A stretch of DNA of 64,000 nucleotides from the NCBI RefSeq assembly GCF_009914755.1, contig NC_060947.1; one strand, given 5' to 3'. This DNA is from the human T2T-CHM13v2.0 reference genome, Homo sapiens. The notes beneath the pieces are model-generated. The model was not told the origin of the DNA. It did not search any database and was given only the letters and a program-made list of their open reading frames with translations. Shown here one piece after another: positions 1 through 16,907 of this stretch. Positions within the stretch are counted from its first letter, which is position 1; every line of letters starts with the position of its first letter. A program made the position numbers and the translations under genes.

Positions 1-150
1 GGGTAAAGGGAGAAGCCAATTACAAAGGGCAGCATGAGGGGATTTGGGGGGTAATGGAACTGTTCTATATCATGATTGTGGTGGCAGTTACATGACTTTA
101 TGTATTTGCCTAAACTCATAGAGCTGTACACCAAAAAAGTAAATTTTTAA
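1..150 (+). mobile_element. Old L1M (L1MC/MD-like) 3' UTR fragment
   Basis: gatggaactgttctatatcatgattgtggtgg...aaactcatagagctgtacacc is typical of L1M 3' ends. Confidence 0.65.
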
Positions 151-355
151 AATAGCATGCTATTTTAAAAAGTGAATTTTTAAAAATCTCATAAAATATT
201 GCTATCAACCATGGGGAGGCAGAAGAAAGAGAGGCAGTTGGGAGTAATGTTAAGTGAGCTAAATCTTCCATTTTTATAACAGGAGTTAATAGATAATGTC
301 CAAAATGGATAAATCAAGAATGGGAACAGAGTAATATTTAGAGATTCAGAAGTAA

Positions 356-840
<485 letters not shown>

Positions 841-892
841 GCCTATTTGATATTTTTAAACCATGCTCATGTATTACTTGATTTAAAAATAA

Positions 893-1050
893 ATGTAGTG
901 GAAAATGCACTGGACTGGGAATCCAGAAACCTGATCTCTAACCCTAATTCTGCACTAATTGATCAAATCCCTTCCCCTTTCTGGACCTTGGTTTCTACAT
1001 CTGTATGATAAAGGGGTTGGACTATACGATGTTTAAGGTCCCTTTCATAC
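893..1050 (+). mobile_element. MIR/MIR3
   Basis: ccttggtttctacatctgtatgata...ttggacta core. Confidence 0.6.
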
Positions 1051-3166
1051 CTAAAGAAAATTATAAAATTAGATTACTTACATATCCACAATTCTTTGTT
1101 AAATGCCAAGCTATGAAACATGCATTTTTATTTTTAAAGCCGTAAGAGACTAACTCATCAAATTCAACTGTCTCTTTTCAACTGCTGAAGAAACCAAGAC
1201 ACAGATTCACTAAAAGATTCACTTGGAATGACAGTTAATTGGCAACAGAGCTAGGACTAGAGCTCAGGGCTCCTCATGGCTCTTTCTGTTGCACCACACA
1301 GCTTCTCCTAGGCCTAATGGAATCAGTCCTGGGCACCAGGGCTGACAAAAATTCCCTTGGACAACACCAGGGGTGTAATTCACATGCTGAAATGGTTTCA
1401 TTGGCCTGGGAGATGAGTCAGAATTTTGGAAGTGGTCCCTGACATAAGCATGTATGATGCAATACCATAGGCATTCCAAAGTTGATCAAGGCTATGTTAA
1501 AATTCCAATTTTAGGATTCCATTCCCTAATAATTGTCCAATAAGCTGCCCTTGGCAGCTACTGCCAGCCTACTGACTTCCCCTTTTGTGTGACAGGAATC
1601 CCACTACTCAGAAATATCACCATTCACATTCTGATGTAAAACAATGGGCTCATCCGTTTTTTCTCATCAGCCTTTCATCTCTAGGGCCTCTCAGCTTGTG
1701 GCATGATTCACTGAAATACATCAAACATGACAGAAGATGCAAGCATTTGGAAACTTACATCAGCCATCATCAAATTAAAAAGGTATCTTGATATGATTTA
1801 GCAATCATCCTTGGAAGAGAGTTGAAACAGACCCCTGACTTTGACCACACCATCTTCCTAGGGAAGACCTTCCATGTTGACCAGTAAGCAAGCTAAAAGT
1901 ATGTGTTTTGCCAACCATTTCCTCCCCCTTTGCTGGGGCCTGCAGGCTCACTTGCCCCTCATCGCACAAGGTCTGGGGTTTACAGAATAAGGACACCATT
2001 ATGCAGGGCTATCATTCTTCCTTAGTGGAAACAACACTGCCCTTTGTAAGCTCCCAGCTAACTTCAAAGGGTGTGGCTATCTTTCTGTGCTCCAAGGGAA
2101 GCCTCCTCGGGAAACATTGCTCACAGTGCCTTTCCAGTTCTAGAATCTTCTTGAGCTGATAGTCAGAGCAGGCATTTTCAGGCAGCACCCCCACCCCTGC
2201 ACCCCCCATTGGTGCTTTGTCTACTTTAGAGGCCAGATTGTGTTTTTTAAAACCTACTTGGAAAGCATTTGTTTGCCAACTTTTGTGCTCCCCTCCTATC
2301 AGTGCTCCCTCTCCAGCCTGGCTTTCTGCCCAGTTCTGAATCTTGCCTTACCTACTGCCTGGCGTTTACTTCACAACAGCTGGCCCAGGGATCTCAAGTA
2401 CTTAGTCTCAGCTGCCAGCTTAGGGAAGGAGAGGCCCCTGTAGTTGAGCCTGTGACAAAGACAGCATTTGTTTCCACACCGGTATTTTCAATGTCAACAG
2501 CAGTGACAGGCTCCAAAGGGGATCATACCCAGTCACTGCCCACTTGGTGAGAACTCCACAAGCTCAGGGATGTCCATTCATCCAGCTTCAGCTCTCCCCG
2601 CAATGCTATGAGATGACTAGAGACCACTAATAAGATTCCCATTTTTATTTGCCCATGGGGAAAGGAGACAAATGGCTGGAGACTGGGGGACTCGTCTAAA
2701 GGAATTAATGATCATTTTGTTCACAAGAAGAATCAGGATAGCTGAGTCTGACAAATGTTGGTTTCTGTGATTTATCCATTTGTGTAGCTAAAAAGTGCTA
2801 TCAGCTGGCTTGCTCATCATTGAGTGACCTGAAGTGATGGATGATGGAGAGGAGGTTGCTGTGAGGGTAGAGGTGGCTCAGTACCCTGCAGGAGCAATGC
2901 AAAGAGAGACTGTGCCCAAGACCATCTCCCCGGGGGGGATGGGTGGCATTCCTGCCTTCCTTCCACCAACAAATGTTGACTGTGCCATGCACTGGGATGA
3001 CAGAGATGACTCAGATGTGCCCTTGTCCTCAATGTGTTCATGGTTGGATGAGGAGAACACCAGTCTTACTCTAGTGACTGAAGGCTAAGACAAAGACTCC
3101 AGCCTCAAACTTGAGGAAGGAAGTTCATGTTTCTTCCTGGGTTGGCCAATAGAAAGTGGTATTTGT

Positions 3167-3513
<347 letters not shown>

Positions 3514-3600
3514 TCACTTGGATTCTCCTCCTTGAGAGTAGGGTTCATTTTGTCACTAATCTGGCTAGATTGCTTATCATAATGCTTAAAAATATAGCTT

Positions 3601-4244
3601 TAAACATACAAGTGGCCAATAAACATGTGAAAAAAACACTCAACATCACTAATCAGAGAAACACAAATTAAAACCACAATGAGATACCATCTTACACCAG
3701 TCAGAATGGCTATAATTAAAAAGAAAAATAGATGTTGGTGAGGATGTGGAGAAAAGGGAATGCTTATGTACTGTTGGTTAGAATGTAAATTAGCACAACT
3801 TAAGGAAAACAGTAGGGATAGTTCTGAAAGAACAAAAAATAGAAATGTCATTTGATCCATTCTCAAAGAACTAAAATTAGAAATATCATTCGATCCAGGA
3901 GTCCCACTACTGGGTATCTACCTACAGGGAAATAAATCATTATATGACAAAGATACTTGCACTCATGTTTATCACTGCACTATTCACAATAGCAAAGATA
4001 ATGGAACCAACCTAAGCGTCCATCAGTGGTGGATTGGATAAAGAAAATATGGTAGCTATACATCATGGAACACTACCCAGCCATAAAAAAGAATGAAATC
4101 ATGTGTTTTGCAGAAAATTGCCTATTGTGTACAATGTTCACTATTCGAGTGATGAGTACATCAAAAGCCCAAACTCCACCATGGTACAATATATGCATGT
4201 AGGAAGTCTGCACTTGTACCCTCTACATCTGTACAAAATATTTT
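3601..4244 (+). mobile_element. 5'-truncated L1 (L1PB/L1MA-type) 3' end with TSD
   Basis: End of ORF2 plus 3' UTR; perfect 12-bp TSD aaaatatagctt at 3589-3600 and 4245-4256. Confidence 0.88.
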
Positions 4245-4256
4245 AAAATATAGCTT

Positions 4257-5240
4257 CAAGATGTAATTAAAGTCACATATCAGCTGATTTTGAGTTAATA
4301 AAAAAGACAGATGATCACTTTTGGCCAGAACCACCATCTTCTAGTATTTTGCCAAAATAATGAACACAAAGGGAAAGAGAAGAGGCACCCAATACGTGTT
4401 CTCTAGGCCTTTTAGAGAACGTGGGTTCATTCCTTTGGCCACATACCTGTGAATCTACAAGAAAGGTGATATTGTAGACATCAAGGGAATGGGCACTGTT
4501 CAGAAAGGAATACCCCACAAATGTTTTCATGGCAAAACTGGAAGAGCCTACATTGTTACCCAGTGTGCTGTTGGCATTATTTTAAAAACACAAGGTTAAG
4601 ATTCTTGCCAAGAGAATTAATGTGCATATTGAGCATATTAAGCACTTTATTAAGAGCCAAAAAATAGCATCCTGAATTGCATGAAGGAAACTGTTCAGAG
4701 AAAAAGGAAGCCAAAGAGAAAGGTACCTGGGTTCAACTGAAGCACCAGCCCGCTCCACCCAGAGAAGCACACTGTGCAAGAACCAGTGGGAAGGAGCCGG
4801 AGCTGCTGGAACCTACTCCGCATGAATTCATGGCATAATAGGTATATATGTAAAAAAAAAAAAAAGGCCTCTGGACTGTAACAAAACATAAAAAACATTA
4901 TCTTGGGTGGGGCTGATGTAATCAAGTGAAAGCTATTAGCCCTCCCTGAAGAGAGACAGCATTTCCTGCTGGACATGAAGAAGCAAACAAGGTTGTGGAG
5001 AGAGGGGCAGCCTCCGGGAGGTGAGAGCCTCGGCACTAGAGCAGCAAGGAACTCAATTCTGTCAACAACCTGAACAACCTTGGATGCGGACCCCAAGCTC
5101 CAGATCTCCAGATGAGAATGCATCCTAGACAACACCTGGACTGCAGGCTCATGACACACTGAGCAGAGGACCCAGCTAAGCTGTGCCTGGACTGAACCAT
5201 AAAAATGGAGACAACAAATGTGTATTCCTTCAAGCTGCAA
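4257..5240 (+). mobile_element. MLT1 (MLT1E-like) MaLR LTR, split by the RPL21 retrocopy
   Basis: gatgtaattaaagtc...tttgagttaat before the pseudogene continues as attatcttgggtggggctgatgtaatca...gcagcaaggaactcaattctgtcaacaacctgaa...cagaggacccagctaagc after it. Confidence 0.75.
4318..4897 (+). pseudogene. RPL21P133: Processed pseudogene of ribosomal protein L21 (probably RPL21P133)
   Basis: Intronless match to RPL21 ([17 protein letters not shown]...[14 protein letters not shown]) with 5' and 3' UTR remnants; ATG>ATA at 4357, premature TGA at 4450-4452, later indels, native TAA at 4836-4838. The P-number is from recall of the PLAC1 locus. Confidence 0.93.
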
Positions 5241-5334
5241 AAGAAAAATACAAATATATATCTCCATATGATTATGTTTTGGTTGTTGAGTTTTTCTTTA
5301 CAACAATAAAAGTAGTGCTATTTTCTTGTTCCTC

Positions 5335-6179
<845 letters not shown>

Positions 6180-6180
6180 T

Positions 6181-6343
6181 CTTTTTCTTTTTTTAGAGAC
6201 AGTGGTCTCACTCTCCCACCCAGGCTGGAGTGCAGTGGTGCAATCATGGCTCACTGTAGCCTTGACCTCCTGGGCTCAAATGATCCTCCTTCCTCAGCCT
6301 CTCAAAGTGTTAGGATTATAGGCATGAGCCACCACACCTGGCC
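6181..6343 (-). mobile_element. Alu monomer (FRAM/FAM-like)
   Basis: Single arm, J-type sequence. Confidence 0.8.
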
Positions 6344-6479
6344 TGTGGTGCCATTCTTTCTGCTAGTAATGTCATTGTCATCTCCCACCATGCCCTGGAA
6401 AGCGCATGCACACATACAGGGAAGCCATCTCATCCTCCCTCTTCAGGTCATGGGCCCCTCTTATATCTGTTCATAGCTC

Positions 6480-6681
6480 CTTCACTTCTTCATTAGCACC
6501 ACATAACAACTGGAAATAACATCACTATTTATAAGATTATTTGTTCAATATCTGCCTTTTCCATTAGATTGTAAGCTACACGAAGGCAGGGATCATGTCT
6601 GCCTTGGTCACTGCTTAGAAGAGTGCCTGGCACATAGCAGGTACTCGGTAATTGTTTGCGGATTTTTCTTAAAGAATGAAT
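6480..6681 (+). mobile_element. L2 3' end
   Basis: gattgtaagct...ggcagggatcatgtct...gtgcctggcacatag...gaatgaat. Confidence 0.75.
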
Positions 6682-6784
6682 AAAATATATTTTCTAACGT
6701 AATTCTGAGAGCCATCTGAGAAGCATAAACCATTCTTCTCTAACACTTTCAAAATGTAGGCAATCAGTTGAAGTAAATGGCCAG

Positions 6785-7481
<697 letters not shown>

Positions 7482-8044
7482 GGAAGGGATCTTATTTGTG
7501 GGCAAGATGTTAGTGTTGATGCTTTCACTATACCTGGTCCCCCTCAACCCACCAATGGTGTCTCTTCACCTTTGGCTCCTGTACCTCCTAAAATCTCTTC
7601 TCGGCCATGGTTTTCCTAGGGTTCCAGTATCATTGCAAAGCTTCCAGGAAACTAGATGAGAACAGTTTTCCTTGGTCCCTAATTTAGACTAGTAATGTTA
7701 AATCCTCCCAGGAATCCTTGTCAACGTGGAGGGTCACTCTGGCTGCCTTTGCCATGCCCTGTGCTCAGTCCAGATACTTGCTGCTTGCTCCTTACCCATA
7801 TGAATAAAACAAGGGCATTTTGCATTGGATAGCATAACAATCCATGCAGATCCCACAGCTCCAAAGCTGGTCGAGGGTGACAGGCTGGGGTGCCAGCAAG
7901 TAGGAGAGTGACAAGCTGGAGTTTCTGAACTGATATGACTACAACAACCAGTAATCCTGCCTCATGTAAACAAATTTATTTGAAATAATCCATGTTAAGA
8001 TGTCTCATCCATCTTAAGCACTCAATAAATGTTAATTATTTTAC

Positions 8045-8395
<351 letters not shown>

Positions 8396-8544
8396 TGATA
8401 AAGGTATTTTATACATCCTTAAAATTATGTTATTGAATACATCTAGGCATATAAGAAAGTTATTAAGTGAAAGGACATTACAAAGAATGTATACAGTGTC
8501 ATCTCATTTTTATAAAAATGTAATTTATGTATGAGAGATATTGT

Positions 8545-8675
8545 ATAGTACTTTACAGCTCAGGATCTGAAGGTAGGCCTATTTTTAAATCTGTGCACTA
8601 TCACTTATTAGCTGTCTGACCTAGAGTAATTTCTAAACCTCTCTGAGTGCCTTAGTTTCTTTATCTGTAAAGTGG
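8545..8675 (+). mobile_element. MIR
   Basis: cacttattagctgtctgacct...ccttagtttctttatctgtaaa. Confidence 0.65.
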
Positions 8676-8676
8676 A

Positions 8677-8805
8677 TATAGATATATAGATTATATATAT
8701 AGATATATATATACACACACACACATACATATACATATGTATATATGCATATACACATATGTATATATATGCATATATACATATGTATATATATATGCAT
8801 ATATA
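8677..8805. repeat. AT-rich low-complexity (TA)n/(CATA)n repeat
   Basis: Directly visible. Confidence 0.9.
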
Positions 8806-9389
8806 TTTGCAATGATATGCTTGCATATCTAGAAACCCAAGAGGTGTAACTGAATTAAAATTTCGCAAAAGAATGAATAAGAGTTCAATGCGGTAGTTAG
8901 ATGCACAGTGGACAACCCAAAAATGAAAACTTTCCAGTGTGCCAGAAATAACGAGTTAAAAACTACCATGATAAAAAGGCACGAGACACAAGGCAGGTGT
9001 AGGTTTAGTGCAACGAGCTGGTTGTCTGCTCTGCCCAACTCTAGGTCACACTTGAACCCCTGGGCTTAGAAGCAGCTCCATGGGTGCTATGGTTTCTCAG
9101 GCCTGTCAGCCTCTGGCTCTTGGCCTTCTTGCACTCAAGGGACTCAAAGTCAAACTCCACTCCATCACCTCACCGTACTTGTTCTCTCTTCAGCCGAGAT
9201 GTAATTGCTCCAATAGCAAACTAGTTTGCAGAAATGCTACTCTGCCTCCCTGGTAGATGACTTTGTATATCTTCCTCCTTGCAAAGCCATTTTTGCTTCT
9301 TGTACCACACCTGATTTCATTAGAAAGTATTTGCTTTAAATTTGCAGGGAGAAGAAACTTAAGTAGTTCTCACAAGGATGTTTTGCACA

Positions 9390-9615
9390 GTCATTAAGAC
9401 TACAGTTCAAACCCCAGCTTTCCACCTATTAGCCACCTTGCCTTAATCAAGTCCCTCAACCTCTCTTCCCATCACTTTCCTTCTCTGTAAAATGGAGGAC
9501 AACAATAGTACCTCACTTTTAAGGACACTGTGAAGATTAAATGAGATTATGTATGTAAAGCGTTTAGCACAGTGCCGGACACATAGGAAGCTCTCAATAC
9601 ATAGGAGATGCTATC
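9390..9615 (+). mobile_element. MIR
   Basis: ctgtaaaatggaggacaacaatagtacct...gtgaagattaaatgagattatgtatgtaaagcgtttagcacagtgcc. Confidence 0.8.
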
Positions 9616-10246
9616 ATTAAAACAGGAAGAGTTTGTCCTAAATGAATATCAAATGTTTCATCTCTTATAAGCTAAAAACTACTTGCAGCAATTAAACAGG
9701 ATTTCTCCACCCCTAGTTTCTATCCAGCAAAGTTTCAAACATGTCAGGGTCTTAGTTTTAGCCTGGGGCTCCCAAACACAATTGTGCAGATGTTTGTATA
9801 TAAGGAAATATATCTATATAGAAACATACATAAGGAAATACACAGTCTCCATACAAGCCTCTCTAAGCCCTGGAGCCACAGGGCACTTCATCCAGCAAGG
9901 CAATTCAATCACAACAAAGTCATTTTTATATTCCTTTAAAGTTCGTAAAAACAAAATCCTCCTTTTCCAGCCAGATGAATGTATTGGTACCTTTGCTTTG
10001 CCCTGCCCCTGAGCCGGAGTAGCTGAATCTGTGCTGAATCCAGCCTCTAAGAGCAACCTTGGTCAAGTGCATGGACCCCCAGGGGGTCCTATTATCCCAT
10101 TTGTACTTGAGGGTATATGGGGATTGGGCCAGGCATGGGTTTCTCAGGCACACATAGCAGGTAGAAATGATGCTTCAGAGCCTCAGAGGGGTCTCCACAT
10201 GAAACCACCTCACTCATATTTCTGAAAGAAATGCTCAAATCTGAGA

Positions 10247-10377
10247 TGGGTTGGGTGGCTAACACTGGTAACCCCAGCAACTCGGGAGGCTGAGTTGGGA
10301 GGATCACTTGAGCCTGGGAGTTCCAGATCAGCCTGAACAACATAGTGAGGCCCCATCTCCAAAATAAAAGGAAAAAC
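10247..10377 (+). mobile_element. FLAM Alu monomer with TSD
   Basis: Left-arm monomer; TSD ctcaaatctgaga on both sides. Confidence 0.85.
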
Positions 10378-11844
10378 CTCAAATCTGAGAAAGAAATGCA
10401 CAGGACGATCCAGGGAACTGAATCCTGAGACCCCTTTGCAGATTTCCCTTTTGTACCTTTCATGCTAAAATGTCAACAGAATTGTGTCCATGTGGGATCA
10501 GGTTCATGACTGACCTGTGAAGGCTGAGAGAGCATTTTCCCACCTGAAAAGACTCACAAGACCTGTTACATCAAGTAGAACTATGGGCAGAGGCGGAGGA
10601 AGGGGACTGTGGAGGTACTTTGTCATCCCACACCCCAAAGCCTCCCTAGGATGCAGGGCAGTAACTTGCACATAAGTTAGGGCAGTGTCTATGTCAAAAG
10701 ACCCTCTGTGACTCCTTTGGTGAAGAACCATTGTGCAACATGAAAAGTCATCTCCCAGGCTCTCTCCTTTGCAAGCTGTCTTGCCTGGTTTTCTTCAAGC
10801 AGGGCACGTGCTCCTGGATGAAAGAGGCATTTCTCATGCTGTAGAAATATAAAGACCAAAAATGGACTTGCTCCTTACAGAGAGAAAGGTCTTTGTGTTA
10901 CTCCAAGCAAAGGCTCTAGAGACCAGTGAGCGCTTTCATCCTTCCCCTTTCTCTGTTTCTATGGCTTCGTCCTAGCCCAGACTCTGATCATTGATGGCTA
11001 GATTCTTACTCCTGGCTCCCAGCTGGACTCTCCCAACTCCACTGCCTTTTCTTGCCGCTCTGTTGCCATACCTCACAGCCCCTCACCGCCTACGAAATCA
11101 AGTCCAGTCCCCTTCCCTTGTTTGAGCAATCAATGCCTTCCATAACCTCTTTAATCAAAATTACCACTATTTCCCAAAGCGACCCCCCGGCTGACCACTG
11201 TGTGAGCCCCTCCATTCCCCCAGCCTGCTCATCCCAGCCTCTATGCTCCTGCTTATCTGCCTGCCACACTGCTTCCCTCCACCTCCCTAGCAGCCCAGGG
11301 CCCACCTCCTCCAGGAAGCCTTCCCTGGATCCTGCAACCGACCTACATCTTCCCTTTGCTACAGTCTCACAGCTCTTAGCTGTACCAGACCACCCAGTGT
11401 CTAGTTATACTTTCTTATGATTTTACTTTCACATATTCTTTTAAAATGTTTATTGCATATATATTTGAGGTGTATAACATGATGTGTATATATATATACA
11501 GTAAAATAATACAATCAAGCAAATTAATATATCCATCACTTCACATAAGTACTTTTTTGTGTGGTAAGAGCATCTAAACTCCACTCTTTTAGGAAATTAC
11601 ATATAATGTCATTAACTATAGTCCTTATGCTGTACATCATCAGCTCTTTTTAAAAATTCTACATATAAGTGAGATCATTCAGTATTTTCTTTCTGTGCCT
11701 GGTTTATTTCACTTAGCCTAATGTCTTCCAGGTTCAGCCATGTTGTCACAAATGGCAGGATCACCCTCTCTTCTAGGCTGAATAGTATTCTGTATATATG
11801 ATACACACACACACACACACACAATATACATACATACCACAATT

Positions 11845-12155
11845 TCATTTTTTATATAGAGATAGAGTCTCACTTTGTTGCCCAGGCTGGAGTGCAGTGG
11901 TGCCATCATAGCTCATTGTAGCTTCAAACTCTTGGGCTCAAGCTATCCTCCTACCTCCACCTCCTGAGTAGCTGGCACTACAGATGTGCATTATCATGCC
12001 CAGCTAATTTTTTTTCTTTTTCTTTTTTTTTACTTTTGTAAAGATAGGGTGTCACTATATTGCACAGGCTGGTCTCGAACTCCTGGCTTCAAACTATCCT
12101 CCTGCCTCGGCCTCCCAAAGCATTGGGATTACAGGCGTGTACCACTGTGCCCGGC
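11845..12155 (-). mobile_element. AluJ
   Basis: J-type arms; TSD cacaatttc. Confidence 0.88.
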
Positions 12156-13194
12156 CACCACAATTTCTTTATCCATGCATCCATCCATGGACACAAATTG
12201 TTTCTGAATCTTGGCTATTGTGATTAATGCTGCAATGAACATGGGAGGACAGATATCTCTACAAGGTGTTGATTTCATTTCCTTTGGGTATATATCCAGA
12301 AGGGGAATTGATAGGCCATATGGTAATTCCACTTTTAATTTTTTCAGGAACCTCTATCCTGTTTTCCACAATGGCTTTACTCATTTACATTCCCACCAGC
12401 AGTGTACAGGTGGGTCCCTTTTTCTCCACATCTTTGCCAACACTTGTTATCTTTTGACTTGTTGACAATAGCCAACCTAACAGATGTAGGGGATATCTCA
12501 TTGTGATTTTGATTTGCATCTCCTTAATGATTAGTGATATTGTGCACCTTTTCATATACTTGTTGGCTATTTGTATGTTTTCTTTAGATAAATGTCTATT
12601 CAGATCCTTTGCCCATTTTTAAATCAGGTTATTTATTGATTTATTTTGCCATTGAGTTGTGTGTGTTCCTTACATATTTTGGATATTAGCCCCTTATTAG
12701 ATATATTATTTGCAAATATTTTCCCCCAATCTGTAGGCTGCCTTTTCATTTTGTTGATTATTTTCCTTGCTGTACAGAAGCTTTTAGCTCGATGTAGTCT
12801 CACTTCTTTATTTTTGCTTTTGTAATCTGAGCTTTTGGTGTGATATCTGAAATATCATTGCCAAAGCTAATGTCAAGGCGCTTTTCTGCTAGGTTTTCTT
12901 CTAGCTTTATGGTTTCAGGTCTTATATGTAGGCCTTTAACCAATTTTGAGTTGATTTGTATGTATGGTATAAAAGTCTAATCTCATTCTTTTGAATGTGG
13001 ATATCCAGTTTTCCCAACACCATTTGTTGAAGAGATGCCCTTTCCCCATGGTGTCTTCTTGGCACCCTTGTTAAAAATTAGTTGACTGTGTATGCTTGGG
13101 TTTATTTATGGGCTCTCTATTCTATTCTATTGGTCTATGTGTTTTTTTAATGCCAGAGTTATACTGTTTTGATTACTATAGATTTTTAATATAA

Positions 13195-13489
13195 TTTTTT
13201 TTAAGAGACAGGGTCTTGCTCATCACTCAGGCTAGAGAGCAGTGGCAAAATCATAGCACAGTGTAACCTTGAACTCCTGGGCTCAAGTAATCCTCCTACC
13301 TCAGCTTCCCTGGTAGCTAGAACTACAGGCATGCACCACCATGCCCAGCTAATTAAAAAAATTATTTTGTAGAGACAGGATCTTGCTGTGTTTCTGAGGC
13401 TGGTTTCAAACTTCTGGACTCAAGCTATCCTCCCACCTTGGCTTCCCAAAGCGCTGGAGTTACAGGCATGAGCCACTGGACCACCTGCC
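13195..13489 (-). mobile_element. AluJ
   Basis: J-type arms; TSD taatataattt. Confidence 0.85.
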
Positions 13490-13560
13490 TGTAATATAAT
13501 TTGAAATCAGAAAGTGCCCCCAACTTTCTCTCTTTTTCCCTCTCAAGATTGCTTCACCTT

Positions 13561-13877
<317 letters not shown>

Positions 13878-13982
13878 TCAGCTATCTGGGGTCTTTTGTG
13901 GTTCCACACAAATTTTAGAATTGTTTTTCTCTTTCTGTGAAAAATGCTGCTGGAATTTTGATAGGGATTACATCAAATCTGA

Positions 13983-14570
<588 letters not shown>

Positions 14571-15480
14571 TGAATAGAAGTGGCGAGATTGGGATCCTTG
14601 CCTAGTACTGGATCTTAGAGGAGGAAAAGCTTCCAGTTTTTCCCCATTGATTATGATGTTAGCTGCAGGCTTTTCACAAATGGTCTTTACTGTGTTGAGG
14701 TAAGTTCCTTCTATACTTAATTTGTTGAGAGTTTGTATCAACAAAGGATGTTGAACCTTGTCAAATACTTTGTCTGCATCTATTAAGATGATCAGGTGGT
14801 TTTTAGCCTCATTTTGTTAATGAGGTGTATCACATTGACTGATGTGTGTATGTTAAACTCACCTTGCATCCCAGGGATAAATCCCACTTGGTCATGATAT
14901 ATAATCTTTTTGATGCATTGTCATGGAATTCTTGCCACACCAATCTGACTATATAAGCCTTTCCATGTGCCCAGCTCTGTGCTATATTCAGTTATACTCA
15001 ATAAACTCAATATTCAAAAACGAATACCCAATAAACATTTCCTGCTAACACACGAATTTTACTTATTTACAAACCACTGCATTTTCACAAAGTCCTTAAA
15101 ACTTCTGGACCTGCTTGTATCATTGCTGCAATAAGTGGCTTCTCCAGCACCTGCTCTGCTTACCTCATATGGCTGTTTTGAGGATAAAATGAGAACAGGG
15201 ATGGGAAGGCCCTTTGGACACTATTATTGCTGCTGGGTCAAAGCACCGACTGGAACTTTTGAGCTGATGTGACTGCACCAATTGTTCCTCCCTTTTCCCT
15301 ACATAGAACTTCTGGGTTTAATAGTCAAACATGGTTTCAGGGCTCCTCAACAGTTTCTAGCAGAGTACAAGTGTTGAACAGGCCAAACCCTATGTTTTGA
15401 ATAAAGTGACAAAGGTCCGACTGGTTTTGTTCCCATGCCCATGGATGGACCACTGAGCATGGCCCCGGGCAGCAAGGTAG

Positions 15481-16030
<550 letters not shown>

Positions 16031-16382
16031 CTGATTCTAAAGCTGAAGTCATGCAACAAAGATGTCTGCCTTATAGGCTGTACTCTGGGGTTGACAACTG
16101 AGGACAAGGAATTAGAAATGTTATCAAATAATACCTTATTTTAGTCTACAACAATTGCCATTCAACTCCTATTAGCATGGTTAATACCCTGCAAATACGA
16201 CAGAGAAAAAGTCAAAGCTTGGCACTATGTCCCATGGGTACCTATCCTTCAGAGGCAGCAGAAGGAAGAGAACCAGACCATGCAATTGACAGAGACAAAG
16301 CCACCTTCTTAAAAAATTGCAGTTGAAGCTGCATACTTTAGGACTCACAAACACAATTATAGTTCCACCATTTTTTTCACCC

Positions 16383-16557
16383 AGTTTTTCTTCACCTTTT
16401 TGGGTGTTAACCCTTTTGAGAATTTGAGGAAAGCTGTAGATCCTCTCAGAAAAGTATGTAAAAGCAAAAACACAATTCTGCACATAGTTTCAGAAAAATT
16501 CACCCAGCTTCCCATAGCTAGTCCAAGAGCAACAGACCCCATGTTTAAAACTCCTGC
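16383..16557. mobile_element. hAT-Charlie MITE (MER103-like)
   Basis: ccctttgagaat..gaaagct..gatcctctc...gacccc..gttaa.a..cctg pattern. Confidence 0.6.
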
Positions 16558-16576
16558 ATTAAGAAAACCTAATTCT

Positions 16577-16907
<331 letters not shown>

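Noticed and set aside
2817-3088. Overlapping 60-84 aa ORFs in unique sequence
   Set aside because: No recognisable protein similarity and no convincing flanking splice sites.
4695-5267. Longest ORF (190 aa, minus strand)
   Set aside because: Antisense read-through of the MLT1 LTR and the RPL21 pseudogene tail; a chance ORF.
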